Assembly (NCBI GenBank): GCA_046328535.1
Contig: JAXLWJ010000010.1
Coordinates: forward strand, 25,552-89,551
DNA from: Anaerolineae bacterium
GTDB taxonomy: Bacteria; Chloroflexota; Anaerolineae; Epilineales; JAHCIE01
Reading direction: 5' to 3'
Length of the DNA: 64,000 nucleotides
Part shown: piece after piece, positions 30,932 to 41,353 of the stretch
Layout of the letters: each line of letters opens with the position of its first letter
How positions within the stretch are numbered: position 1 is the first letter of the stretch
Notes under the pieces: model-generated
Told to the model about the DNA's origin: nothing
Seen by the model: only the letters and a program-made list of their open reading frames with translations
Databases searched by the model: none
Translations under genes and position numbers: made by a program

Positions 30932-31786
30932 ATGGGCAAGAGAATTCCGCGTGAGGAGATCGTCAAGACTCTGAAAGACAAGGTTGCGCGTGGCGAGCCG
31001 ATTGTCGGCTGCGGCGCTGGCACAGGCATATCCGCCAAGATGGCCGAGGCCGGCGGGGCCGACCTCATCATCATCTACAACTCCGGCCGCTACCGCATGG
31101 CCGGGCGCGGCTCGCTGGCGGGCCTGCTGCCCTACGGCGACGCCAACGCGATTGTCCTCGACATGGCCCGCGAGGTCATCCCCGTCGTCAAGAAGACGCC
31201 GGTGCTGGCCGGCGTGTGCGGCACTGACCCATTCCGCGACATGGAGGTCTTCGTCAAGGAGCTGCAATTCGTCAATTTCAGCGGCGTGCAGAACTTCCCC
31301 ACCGTCGGCCTGATTGACGGCGACTTCCGCGCCAACCTCGAGGCGACCGGCATGGGCTACGACAAGGAAGTCGAGGCCATCAAGATCGCTCACGAGATGG
31401 GCATGCTGACGACGCCGTATGTGTTCGACGCCGACTCCGCGAAGGCGATGGCCGCCGCCGGCGCCGACATGCTCGTCGCTCACGTCGGCCTGACGACGGC
31501 CGGCACCATTGGGGCCGGCGTGGCGCTGACCCTGGACAAGGCCATCGAGAAGGTCATGCGGATGGCCGAGGCCGGTCGCACCGTCAACCCGGACGTCATC
31601 GTCATTTGCCACGGCGGGCCGTTCGACGAGCCGGACAACGTGGGCAAGGCGCTGGCCCAGATGCCGGGCATCGCCGGGTTCTTCGGCGCGTCGAGCATCG
31701 AACGCCTACCCACCGAGCGCGCCATCAAGGAGCAGGTGCAGACGTTCAAGGGGCTGAAGCTGGCGACACCGGAGAAGGTGTACTAG
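30932..31786 (+). CDS. Phosphoenolpyruvate-hydrolase-like TIM-barrel protein (Tm-1 C-terminal-like)
   Basis: PIVGCGAGTGISAKMAEAGGADLIIIYNSGRYRMAGRGSLAGLLPYGDAN... pattern. Starts 23 nt after its usual partner gene. Confidence 0.7.
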   Translation: MGKRIPREEIVKTLKDKVARGEPIVGCGAGTGISAKMAEAGGADLIIIYNSGRYRMAGRGSLAGLLPYGDANAIVLDMAREVIPVVKKTPVLAGVCGTDPFRDMEVFVKELQFVNFSGVQNFPTVGLIDGDFRANLEATGMGYDKEVEAIKIAHEMGMLTTPYVFDADSAKAMAAAGADMLVAHVGLTTAGTIGAGVALTLDKAIEKVMRMAEAGRTVNPDVIVICHGGPFDEPDNVGKALAQMPGIAGFFGASSIERLPTERAIKEQVQTFKGLKLATPEKVY

Positions 31787-31877
31787 CCGAGAATAGAGTG
31801 GCGACCTCCAGTCGCTCATCAGTCCGACGAACGACTGAAGTCGTCACTACATGACACCTGCGGCTGTTTCTCGATGC

Positions 31878-31919
31878 TAACGAAGAAACGCGCCGCACCC
31901 ATCAAAGGTGCGGCGCGTT
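31878..31919 (-). terminator. Intrinsic terminator downstream of gyrB (possibly bidirectional)
   Basis: Perfect 13-bp stem aacgcgccgcacc / ggtgcggcgcgtt with a 7-nt loop. On the minus strand it is followed by ttcttcgtt. Confidence 0.6.
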
Positions 31920-31948
31920 CTCTTGGCCGGTTCACGACCATCGGGTCG

Positions 31949-33877
<1,929 letters not shown>

Positions 33878-34021
33878 TCAAACCTCCTCCGGACACAACG
33901 AAGGATAAGCACACAAAAGAGTGCAAATACAGTATCAACCGAACAATTGTACAACATTTCGGGGAAAAATGCCAATGCTGGCGGAGCATATCAATGAAGG
34001 CGGTGCATAGATGCTGACTGA

Positions 34022-34059
34022 AGTCGGCGCTACGACGTTCTTACGGTAGCGCCGACTTA
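34022..34059. repeat. Perfect 13-bp inverted repeat aagtcggcgctac / gtagcgccgactt
   Basis: Direct reading. The same 13-mer recurs at 18991-19003. A close variant, gactgaagtcgtcactac, is at 31833-31850. Confidence 0.7.
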
Positions 34060-34131
34060 TGCTCCTTACGTATTTGTTGCCGCTTTCGCTGGCGGCAGCT
34101 CCGCACAATAGCGTGGAGACCACCTGCTGGC

Positions 34132-34186
34132 GGTGGAGTGACAACTCCACCGCTTTTTCGAGGCGCTGGAGATGGCTCTCCAGCGC
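34132..34186 (+). repeat. Double-hairpin repeat element, copy A
   Basis: H1 ggtggagtGACAactccacc at 34132-34151 and H2 gcgctggagaTGGCtctccagcgc at 34163-34186. Confidence 0.8.
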
Positions 34187-34220
34187 CAGCACGATAACGG
34201 CAAAAACTAGCTAGAGTTCA

Positions 34221-34739
34221 TCAGCCGGCATCCGGGCGCGTGAGTTCCTCGGCGCTGGCCTGCAATGCGGCGCGGAGGGTCTCCACGTCTTTGCGATGCA
34301 GGCTGTCGTGGATGGCGATGATGCGGAACAGGCCGCCGACTGTGGTGTCGCCCCAGACAGGGTGAACGGTGGGCAGGGCGAGCTGGTCATCAGTCCAGCC
34401 GTGCAGGACGGTGACGCTGTTGGCGCGGACGCTCGCCATCTCCTTCAGCGTGTCGTCCCAGCTCTGCGCCTGGCGCTTCTCGACCTGGCGGGCGTTGAAG
34501 CGGTTCAGGTCGAAGTCGGGGACGGGCTGATAGGTGCCGGCGACGGTGCGCTCCGCGACCGTGATCATGCTCTGCTCGGCGGAGGCGACGTGGCGCATGG
34601 CGTCGTGAATGGTTGTCCAGCCGTCTACGCCCTCGACGCGGCGGCTCGCCATTTCGTCGGTAATGCCTTCGAGCGCGGCCATGAGCCTCGCGCGCTCCTG
34701 ATTCAGTTTCTCCTCCAGCTCCTGCGCATCGGTTGTCAT
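34221..34739 (-). CDS. DinB-family (DinB_2) four-helix-bundle protein
   Basis: ...WTTIHDAMRHVASAE...IIAIHDSLHRKD His-triad style motifs. ATG 34739 is chosen. Confidence 0.7.
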   Translation of the reverse strand: MTTDAQELEEKLNQERARLMAALEGITDEMASRRVEGVDGWTTIHDAMRHVASAEQSMITVAERTVAGTYQPVPDFDLNRFNARQVEKRQAQSWDDTLKEMASVRANSVTVLHGWTDDQLALPTVHPVWGDTTVGGLFRIIAIHDSLHRKDVETLRAALQASAEELTRPDAG

Positions 34740-34896
34740 CGCTGATCTCCTGTGATAAGCCGGCCGCGGGTCCACGAGGCACATTGTAGCATACTCCCCT
34801 CACCTGGGCGAATATGTGGGTTAGGGAAGACGGGCGCATGGTGCTATACTTAGAAAGGATGAAGAGGTTTGCAGGTAGGTTAGCAACGGACGAGAG

Positions 34897-35403
34897 ATGT
34901 CAAACTCGCCTCTGGATTGGCAATTTCACGACGACCAGGACCGCCAGGTCGAGATGGACAACGCGCCCCGCCGCCGAACCCCCTCTGTGCGCTGGGGGCG
35001 ACTCGTCGCGTTGGCGCTGGTGTTTCTGGTGGTCATGGTGATAGTGACCGCGGTTGGCTTTGGTCTAGGCCGCTATCAACGCTCCAGCACTGCCGCGCGC
35101 GCGGATATCCAGGCGGCGCTCGACGTGGAGACGTGGGTCTGGCAGGGCGGGAATACCGACCTGTTTCAGACGACCCTGGACCCCGGCGCGCGCCCGCAAT
35201 GGCGCTCCGACCTGACGCAGCAGTTTGCGGCCAGCGGCCGGGACATCCGCGCCGTTCGCCTCCAGAGCGTCAAGCTGCTCAGCGATACGATGGCGCAGGT
35301 CGAGGTCGAGGTCGCCGACGCGAAAGGCACGCACCGCGAGCTGCGCTACTATCGCCTCGTGCAGGGACAGTGGCGGCGCACGTCGCCGCCGCCCTCGACG
35401 TAA
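34897..35403 (+). CDS. Hypothetical single-pass membrane protein
   Basis: 168 aa with one hydrophobic span LVALALVFLVVMVIVTAVGFGL. Coding-like codon bias. No recognisable family. Confidence 0.55.
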   Translation: MSNSPLDWQFHDDQDRQVEMDNAPRRRTPSVRWGRLVALALVFLVVMVIVTAVGFGLGRYQRSSTAARADIQAALDVETWVWQGGNTDLFQTTLDPGARPQWRSDLTQQFAASGRDIRAVRLQSVKLLSDTMAQVEVEVADAKGTHRELRYYRLVQGQWRRTSPPPST

Positions 35404-35404
35404 A

Positions 35405-35563
35405 GCAAGGATAACGGACCTGATAGGCTACCCAAGCCCGCCTGCCCGTCGAACGGGCAGGCTACGACGGGCAAGCCTGGGAGGCTACCTCTCAGCCCCT
35501 TGGGCTTCCATCCCATAGCGCGACGCTCGAAGCGTCGCGCGGGCGCACGATGCCGTACTTGTC
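35405..35563 (+). repeat. ~150-nt multi-hairpin repeat element, copy 1
   Basis: Aligns by eye with 46409-46557 with few mismatches. Contains stems cctgcccg/cgggcagg, tgggagg/cctctca and gcgcgacgc/gcgtcgcgc. Confidence 0.8.
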
Positions 35564-35585
35564 GCGCTTGTCGGAGGGCCGTATC

Positions 35586-36995
35586 ATGCGCTTTCTCAGC
35601 CGAGGCATCGCGCTCGTGTTGGTCGCGTCCCTGGCCGCGCTCATGCTCACCACCATGACCTCGGCCCACGACAGGGATGCCGCCGACGCCGAAGCGCTCG
35701 ACCAGCAGCTAGAGGCTGTCCTTCGAGGGCAGGGGTTCACCGGGCGAGTCGAGGAGACTCTGACGCAGCGGCTCGGCCGGCCGGTGGACCGCCGCCTGGC
35801 CGATCTCGGCCGCTTGCTCTGGTTCGACACGATTATTGGGCTGAACAGCGACAACACGTGCGCCGGCTGCCACTCGCCGACGGCCGGCTTCGGCGATACG
35901 CAGTCCATCGCCATCGGAATTGACAACAACGGCATCGTCGGCCCGCACCGCGCCGGCCCGCGCAATATGCGCCGCGCACCTATGGCCGCCAACACGGCCT
36001 TCTTCCCGAACCTGATGTGGAACTCGCGCTTCGCGGCGCTCTCCGGCGACCCCTTCGACAACAGCGCGGGCTTTCTCTTCCCGGCGCCCGAAGGTCTGTC
36101 GCTCTCATACCAGCCGCATCTGCTGGTGGCCCAGGCGTTCATCCCACCGACGGAGCGAACCGAGGCGGCCGGCGTTCACTTCGGCGGTGACAACAACGCG
36201 ATTCGCGCCGAGGTGCTGCGGCGGCTCAACGCCGTCCCGGCCTACCGCAGGCTGTTCGGCCAGAGCTTCGGCCACGTGCGCGCGGGCGCCCCCATCACCT
36301 TCGACCAGGTCGGCCAGGCCATCGCCGAGTTCGAGTTCAGCCTGACCTTCGCCAACGCGCCAATTGATCGCTACGCGCGAGGCGACAAGGCGGCGCTCAC
36401 TGCGGACGAGAAGCGGGGCGCGCTGCTGTTCTTCGGCGTCGCGCGCTGTGTTCAGTGCCACGCGGTTTCAGGTAGATCGAACGAGATGTTCAGTGACTTT
36501 CAGGATCACGTGATTGGCGTGCCGCAGATCGCGCCGAAGGCGACCAACAACACGTTCGATGGGCCGGGAGTGAATGAGGATTTCGGGCGCGAGGAGATCA
36601 CGGGCGAGGCGGCTGACCGCTACAAGTTCCGCACCTCGCCGCTCCGCAACGTTGCCGTGCAGCCGACATTCATGCACAACGGGGCATTCACCAGCCTCGA
36701 AGATGCGGTGCGCCATCACCTCAACGTCGCCGCGTCGGCGCGGAGCTACCACCCAGCGAAAGCCGGGTTGGCGGCCGATCTGACCGGCCCGACCGGCCCC
36801 GTTGACCCGGTCCTGGCGCGCGTGGACCCGCTCCTGGCGGCGCCGATTGACCTGACGCCGGACGAGTTCCGCCAGCTCGTCGCGTTCGTTCGCAACGGCC
36901 TGCTCGACGCCCGCGCCACCCCGCAGCAGTTGCGCCGGCTCGTCCCGGCGTCCGTACCGAGCGGTCGGCCGATGCTGACGTTCGAAACGCCGTAG
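35586..36995 (+). CDS. Di-haem cytochrome c peroxidase (CCP/MauG family), secreted
   Basis: Two haem-binding sites, CAGCHSP and CVQCHAV. N-terminal signal MRFLSRGIALVLVASLAALML. ATG 35586 is preferred because ATG 35550 lies inside the repeat element. Confidence 0.85.
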   Translation: MRFLSRGIALVLVASLAALMLTTMTSAHDRDAADAEALDQQLEAVLRGQGFTGRVEETLTQRLGRPVDRRLADLGRLLWFDTIIGLNSDNTCAGCHSPTAGFGDTQSIAIGIDNNGIVGPHRAGPRNMRRAPMAANTAFFPNLMWNSRFAALSGDPFDNSAGFLFPAPEGLSLSYQPHLLVAQAFIPPTERTEAAGVHFGGDNNAIRAEVLRRLNAVPAYRRLFGQSFGHVRAGAPITFDQVGQAIAEFEFSLTFANAPIDRYARGDKAALTADEKRGALLFFGVARCVQCHAVSGRSNEMFSDFQDHVIGVPQIAPKATNNTFDGPGVNEDFGREEITGEAADRYKFRTSPLRNVAVQPTFMHNGAFTSLEDAVRHHLNVAASARSYHPAKAGLAADLTGPTGPVDPVLARVDPLLAAPIDLTPDEFRQLVAFVRNGLLDARATPQQLRRLVPASVPSGRPMLTFETP

Positions 36996-37015
36996 ACCTC
37001 ACGGGGTCACAGCGG

Positions 37016-38461
37016 TTACGGCGTCACGAGCAGGTCCATGAACCGGTGCGCGGGCGTGGCGTCGAGGCGGGCGGCGTCGGCGCACAACTCCTCGATGGCC
37101 TGGCGCTGGCGGGCGGCGAAGCGCGTGGCGAGGGCGGCGCGGAACTTCGCGTCCAGCAAGGGGATGCCCTCCGTCCGGCGGCGCGGATGCCCCAGCGGGT
37201 ACGCGACAGCGACGGGCGCGGTGGACGAGCCATCGTGGAAGAAGACCTGGAGCGCGTTGGCGATGGAGCGCTTGTCCGGGGCGAGGTAGTCGGCGCTGTA
37301 CCCCTTGTCCTCCTGGGTGACCATCTTCTGGCGCAAGGCGTCTATCCGTCCGTCGGCGGCGACGGCGTCCTCGTAGTCCTCGGCGGTGAGGCGGCCGAAG
37401 ATGAGCGGCACGGCGACCATGTACTGAAGACAGTGGTCGCGGTCGGCGGGGTTGTACAGCGGCCCGGTCTTGTCAATGATGCGGATGGCGGACTCGTGGG
37501 TGGTGATGACGATGCGCTCGATGTCGTCCAGGCGGTCGCGCACCACGGGATGCAGCTGGAGGGCGCACTCGACGGCCGTCTGGGCGTGGAACTCGGCCGG
37601 GAAGGCGACCTTGAAGAGAATATTCTCGATGACGTACGAGCCGTAGGGACGCGGGAGCGTGAGACTCCGGCCCTTGAACAGGACATCGTTGAAGCCCCAG
37701 CGGGGCGCGGTGAGCGCCGACGGATAGCCCATCTCGCCGCCCAGCGCCATCAGCGCCAGGCGCACCCCACGGCTGGCCGCGTCGCCGGCCGCCCACGACT
37801 TCCGCGCGCCGGTGTTCGGCGCGTGGCGGTAGGCGCGCAGGGGGTGGCCGTCAAGCCAGGCGTTCGAGAGGGCATTGACGACATCGTCCTTGCCGCCACC
37901 GAGCAGCCAGGTGACGACGGCGGTGGACGCGACCTTGACGAGGATGACGTGGTCCAGCCCGACGCGGTTGAAGCTGTTGTCGAGGGCCAGGACGCCCTGG
38001 ATTTCGTACGCCTTGATGGCCGCCGTCAGCACGTCGCGCACCGTCAGGGGCGGGCCGCCGGCGGCGGCGCGGGCGCGGCTCACGTAGTCGGCCACGGCGA
38101 GGATCGCGCCGAAGTTGTCGCTAGGGTGGCCCCACTCGGCCGCCAGCCAGGTATCGTTGATGTCTACCGCGCGGATGAGCAGCCCGATGTCGAAGGCGGC
38201 CTTGACCGGGTCGAGGCAGTAGTTCGTGCCGGGGACGCGCGCGCCGTGGGGGACAATCGTGCCGGGGACGAGCGGGCCGAGGAGTTTCGTAAACTCCGGG
38301 AAGCGCAGGGCGATGCACAGGCAGGCCAGGGAATCGGTCAGGCAGTAGCGCGCTGTGGTGTACGCCAGTTCGCTGGCGACATCGTCGGCCATCACGTAGT
38401 CGGCGATGTCCACAAGCACAGAGTCAGGCGCCGGGCGAACGTTCGATGTATGCGTGGACAT
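37016..38461 (-). CDS. prpD: 2-methylcitrate dehydratase (MmgE/PrpD family)
   Basis: ~480 aa immediately downstream of a citrate-synthase-family gene, with PrpD-like strings throughout ([12 protein letters not shown]..., [14 protein letters not shown]). Confidence 0.8.
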   Translation of the reverse strand: MSTHTSNVRPAPDSVLVDIADYVMADDVASELAYTTARYCLTDSLACLCIALRFPEFTKLLGPLVPGTIVPHGARVPGTNYCLDPVKAAFDIGLLIRAVDINDTWLAAEWGHPSDNFGAILAVADYVSRARAAAGGPPLTVRDVLTAAIKAYEIQGVLALDNSFNRVGLDHVILVKVASTAVVTWLLGGGKDDVVNALSNAWLDGHPLRAYRHAPNTGARKSWAAGDAASRGVRLALMALGGEMGYPSALTAPRWGFNDVLFKGRSLTLPRPYGSYVIENILFKVAFPAEFHAQTAVECALQLHPVVRDRLDDIERIVITTHESAIRIIDKTGPLYNPADRDHCLQYMVAVPLIFGRLTAEDYEDAVAADGRIDALRQKMVTQEDKGYSADYLAPDKRSIANALQVFFHDGSSTAPVAVAYPLGHPRRRTEGIPLLDAKFRAALATRFAARQRQAIEELCADAARLDATPAHRFMDLLVTP

Positions 38462-38474
38462 GGCTCTCTCAGTT

Positions 38475-39596
38475 TCAACGTGCGGCAAGCGGCAGGTAGG
38501 GCTGTGGGTCGGGGCCGATGTACTCGGCGAGCGGGCGAATCAGCTTGCTCGTGCGGCGCTGCTCGTAGGCGTGGGCCGCCCAGCCACTTGTGCGCGCCAT
38601 CACGAACAGCGGGGTAAACATCGGCGTCGGGATGCCAGCGAAGTGATAGGCCAGCGCCGAGTAGAAATCCACGTTGGGGAACAGGGCGCGCTCGCGCCAC
38701 ATCACCTCTTCGATGCGGTTGGCGATGGCGAACAGCCGCCACTCGCCCGCCTCGGCGCACAGCCGCTCGACCCAGCCCTTCACGATATCGGAGCGCGGGT
38801 CCGACTTCTTGTAGACGCGGTGGCCGAAGCCCATGACCAGCTCCTTCCGCGCCAGCATGTCCAGCACGCCGCGCTCCGCCTCGTCCGGGTCGCTGAAACG
38901 CTCGATCAGCAGCATGGCGGCCTCGTTCGCCCCGCCGTGGAGCGGGCCTTTGAGCGTGCCAATCGCCGAGGTGATAGCGGAGTAGACATCGGAGCGGGTG
39001 GACATGGTGACGCGGGCGGCGAAGGTCGAGGCGTTGAACTCGTGTTCCGCGTAGACGATGAGCGAGACGTTGAGGGCCTCGGATGGTAGGGTTTGGGGTT
39101 GCCGGCGGTGGAGCAGGCGCAGGAAGTGGCCGGCCAGCGTCGCTTCCTCGGTGGCCGTCTCGATGCGCGCGCCGTGGGTGTGGAAGTGGTACCAGTAGAG
39201 CAGCATGCTGGGGAACGCCGCGATGAGCCGGTCGGCGATGTGGTGCTGGTCTATGAAGCGGCCCTCCGGCTCGAGCGTGCCGAGCATCGAGCAGCCCGTG
39301 CGCAGCACATCCATCGGGTCGGTGCTGCCGGGGATGCTCTCCAACACACTCTTCAGGGCGGTCGGCAGGCTGCGCAGCTCCATGAGATGCTGTTGATAGC
39401 GCGCCAGCTCCAGGGCATTCGGCAGCCACCCGTAGATGAGCAGGTGCGCCACCTCCTCGAAAGCGGCGTGTTCGGCTAGGTCACGGACATCGTAGCCGCG
39501 ATAGGTCAACGCCAGTCCAGCCTTCCCGACGGTACTGATAGCGGTCTCGCCGGCGACAATGCCGGCCAGCCCGGCGGACGACTTTGTGTCGGTCAT
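38475..39596 (-). CDS. prpC: 2-methylcitrate synthase / citrate synthase family
   Basis: [13 protein letters not shown]..., [11 protein letters not shown] and [13 protein letters not shown] motifs. Its stop is 13 nt upstream of the prpD start. Confidence 0.8.
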   Translation of the reverse strand: MTDTKSSAGLAGIVAGETAISTVGKAGLALTYRGYDVRDLAEHAAFEEVAHLLIYGWLPNALELARYQQHLMELRSLPTALKSVLESIPGSTDPMDVLRTGCSMLGTLEPEGRFIDQHHIADRLIAAFPSMLLYWYHFHTHGARIETATEEATLAGHFLRLLHRRQPQTLPSEALNVSLIVYAEHEFNASTFAARVTMSTRSDVYSAITSAIGTLKGPLHGGANEAAMLLIERFSDPDEAERGVLDMLARKELVMGFGHRVYKKSDPRSDIVKGWVERLCAEAGEWRLFAIANRIEEVMWRERALFPNVDFYSALAYHFAGIPTPMFTPLFVMARTSGWAAHAYEQRRTSKLIRPLAEYIGPDPQPYLPLAAR

Positions 39597-39792
39597 GGGC
39601 GGCCCCCTTCCGGCAGCAAAATGAACATAGATTGAGGATGGTTTGCCCAATATTATAGCACACCGCGTCATAATTGGCAATACCCTGGCCCCCCCTCACG
39701 ACACAGGTTACGGCGGCCGTAGCGGTGGACAACAGCGGGGGCGGCGGCGTGGACTTGCATCCGCGCCGCCGCCCTATTAAACTGGTTTCACA

Positions 39793-40128
39793 GTGCAACG
39801 CCTGGTCGCGTCGCCGCGCAAGGCGGCATACAGCGCATCGAAGGGCGTCGTCATGCTGACCCGGCAGATCGCCGTTGACTACGTCCGGGAGGGCATTCGC
39901 GTGAACTGCATCTGCCCCAGTGAGGTGGATACACCCTTGCAGCGCCGCTTCATTGCCGACTCGCCGGACCCCGAAGAGACCCGACGCCGTCTCGTGGAAC
40001 GAATTCCCCTCGGCCGCGTCGCGCTGCCCGAGGAAGTCGCGCGCGTGGCCCTGTTCCTCGCCAGCGACGACTCATCCTATATCACCGCCATTGCCCTGCC
40101 CGTGGATGGCGGGCTGACGACCATGTGA
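39793..40128 (+). pseudogene. C-terminal half of an SDR (N-terminal Rossmann part missing)
   Basis: The ORF begins just before the catalytic AAYSASKG motif and continues to a normal SDR C-terminus (...ALPVDGGLTTM). An in-frame TAA lies 5 codons upstream and no cofactor-binding region is found upstream. Confidence 0.6.
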
Positions 40129-40154
40129 AACGCCCTAATGGAGGGGCTATCTCA

Positions 40155-41135
40155 ATGAAACGCAAACTGGGACATTCGGGAATCGAGGTCAGCGCGCTTG
40201 GCATGGGCTGTTGGGCCATCGGCGGCCCGTTTTGGGCCGGAGACACACCTCTCGGGTGGGGCGAAGTGGACGACGACGAGTCTATTCGCGCCATCCACGC
40301 TGCCCTCGACCGAGGGGTGTCCTTCTTCGATACGGCCAATGTCTATGGCGCGGGACATAGTGAACGCGTGCTTGGCCGCGCCCTCGCTGGCCGCCGCGCG
40401 CAGGTCGTCATCGCCACCAAGTTCAACGCTGTGTTCGACGAAGCGACGCGCCAGGTGACGGGCGCGGATACATCGCCGGTCGGTATCCGCAAGGCGTGCG
40501 AAGACTCTCTGCGCCGCCTGAACACCGACACCGTTGACCTGTACCAATTCCACGACAACGGCTTCCCGGCGGATAGAGCCGCGCCAGTGCGCGACACGCT
40601 TGAGGCGCTCGTGGAAAGCGGCAAAATCCGCGCCTATGGGTGGAGTACCGATTTCCCCGACCGGGCGGCGGTCTTCGCCCCGGGGTCTCACTGCGCTGCC
40701 ATCCAGTTGCAGCTCAACGTGCTGGACGACAACCCTGCCGTCCTCGCCATCTGCGAGCAATATGACCTGGCGGCCATCAACCGCGGCCCGCTGGCCATGG
40801 GCCTGCTAACCAACAAGTACAGCGCCGAGACGAAGCCTTCGGCGGACGATGTGCGCGGCGAGAAAAGCCCTGAATGGATGAAGTACTTTGCCGATGGCCG
40901 GCCAAGCCCGGCGTGGTTGGCGAAGCGCGATGCCGTCCGCGACATCCTCACCAGTGGCGGGAGAACGGTGGCACAGGGCGCGCTGGCCTGGCTCTGGGCG
41001 CGCAGCTCCCGGACGATTCCGATCCCCGGCTTCCGCACGGTGAAGCAGGTCGAGGAGAATGCGCGGGCGATGGAGTTCGGCCCGCTGACGCCGGCACAGA
41101 TGCGTGAGATCGCTCAGGTGTTGGACCGAGTGTGA
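40155..41135 (+). CDS. Aldo/keto reductase
   Basis: LGHSGIEVSALGMGCWAIGG...FFDTANVYGAGHSERVLG pattern. GGAGGGG ribosome-binding site. Confidence 0.85.
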   Translation: MKRKLGHSGIEVSALGMGCWAIGGPFWAGDTPLGWGEVDDDESIRAIHAALDRGVSFFDTANVYGAGHSERVLGRALAGRRAQVVIATKFNAVFDEATRQVTGADTSPVGIRKACEDSLRRLNTDTVDLYQFHDNGFPADRAAPVRDTLEALVESGKIRAYGWSTDFPDRAAVFAPGSHCAAIQLQLNVLDDNPAVLAICEQYDLAAINRGPLAMGLLTNKYSAETKPSADDVRGEKSPEWMKYFADGRPSPAWLAKRDAVRDILTSGGRTVAQGALAWLWARSSRTIPIPGFRTVKQVEENARAMEFGPLTPAQMREIAQVLDRV

Positions 41136-41243
41136 CGACGCGGGAAAGGGCGCGGGGACCTTGCTGGGCCTGGAGCTACAGTCAATCCATTTCGGCGGCG
41201 AAACACGTATTCATAGAGTGTGAGCCATCGTTGCCGCGCTAGC

Positions 41244-41275
41244 GCTGGCAGCGGAGTTGACACTCCGCCGCCAGC
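41244..41275. repeat. Solo H1-type hairpin related to the double-hairpin element
   Basis: gctggc-a-gcggagtTGACactccgc-c-gccagc. Shares the gctggcgg(t/c)ggagt core with copies A and B. Confidence 0.55.
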
Positions 41276-41353
41276 TGGATGTGGCAATAATCTCACCAAT
41301 CATAAGCTGCGCCAAACTGCCTGACTGCGTGCCATCGGGAGGCGAAGGAGCGA

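Noticed and set aside
35550-35585. ATG 35550 as the start of the peroxidase gene
   Set aside because: This ATG lies inside the ~150-nt repeat, and the second copy carries the same ATG with no gene behind it. ATG 35586 gives a normal signal peptide.
37046-38617. 523-aa plus-strand ORF
   Set aside because: Antisense to prpD, with Gly/Arg/Val-rich composition.
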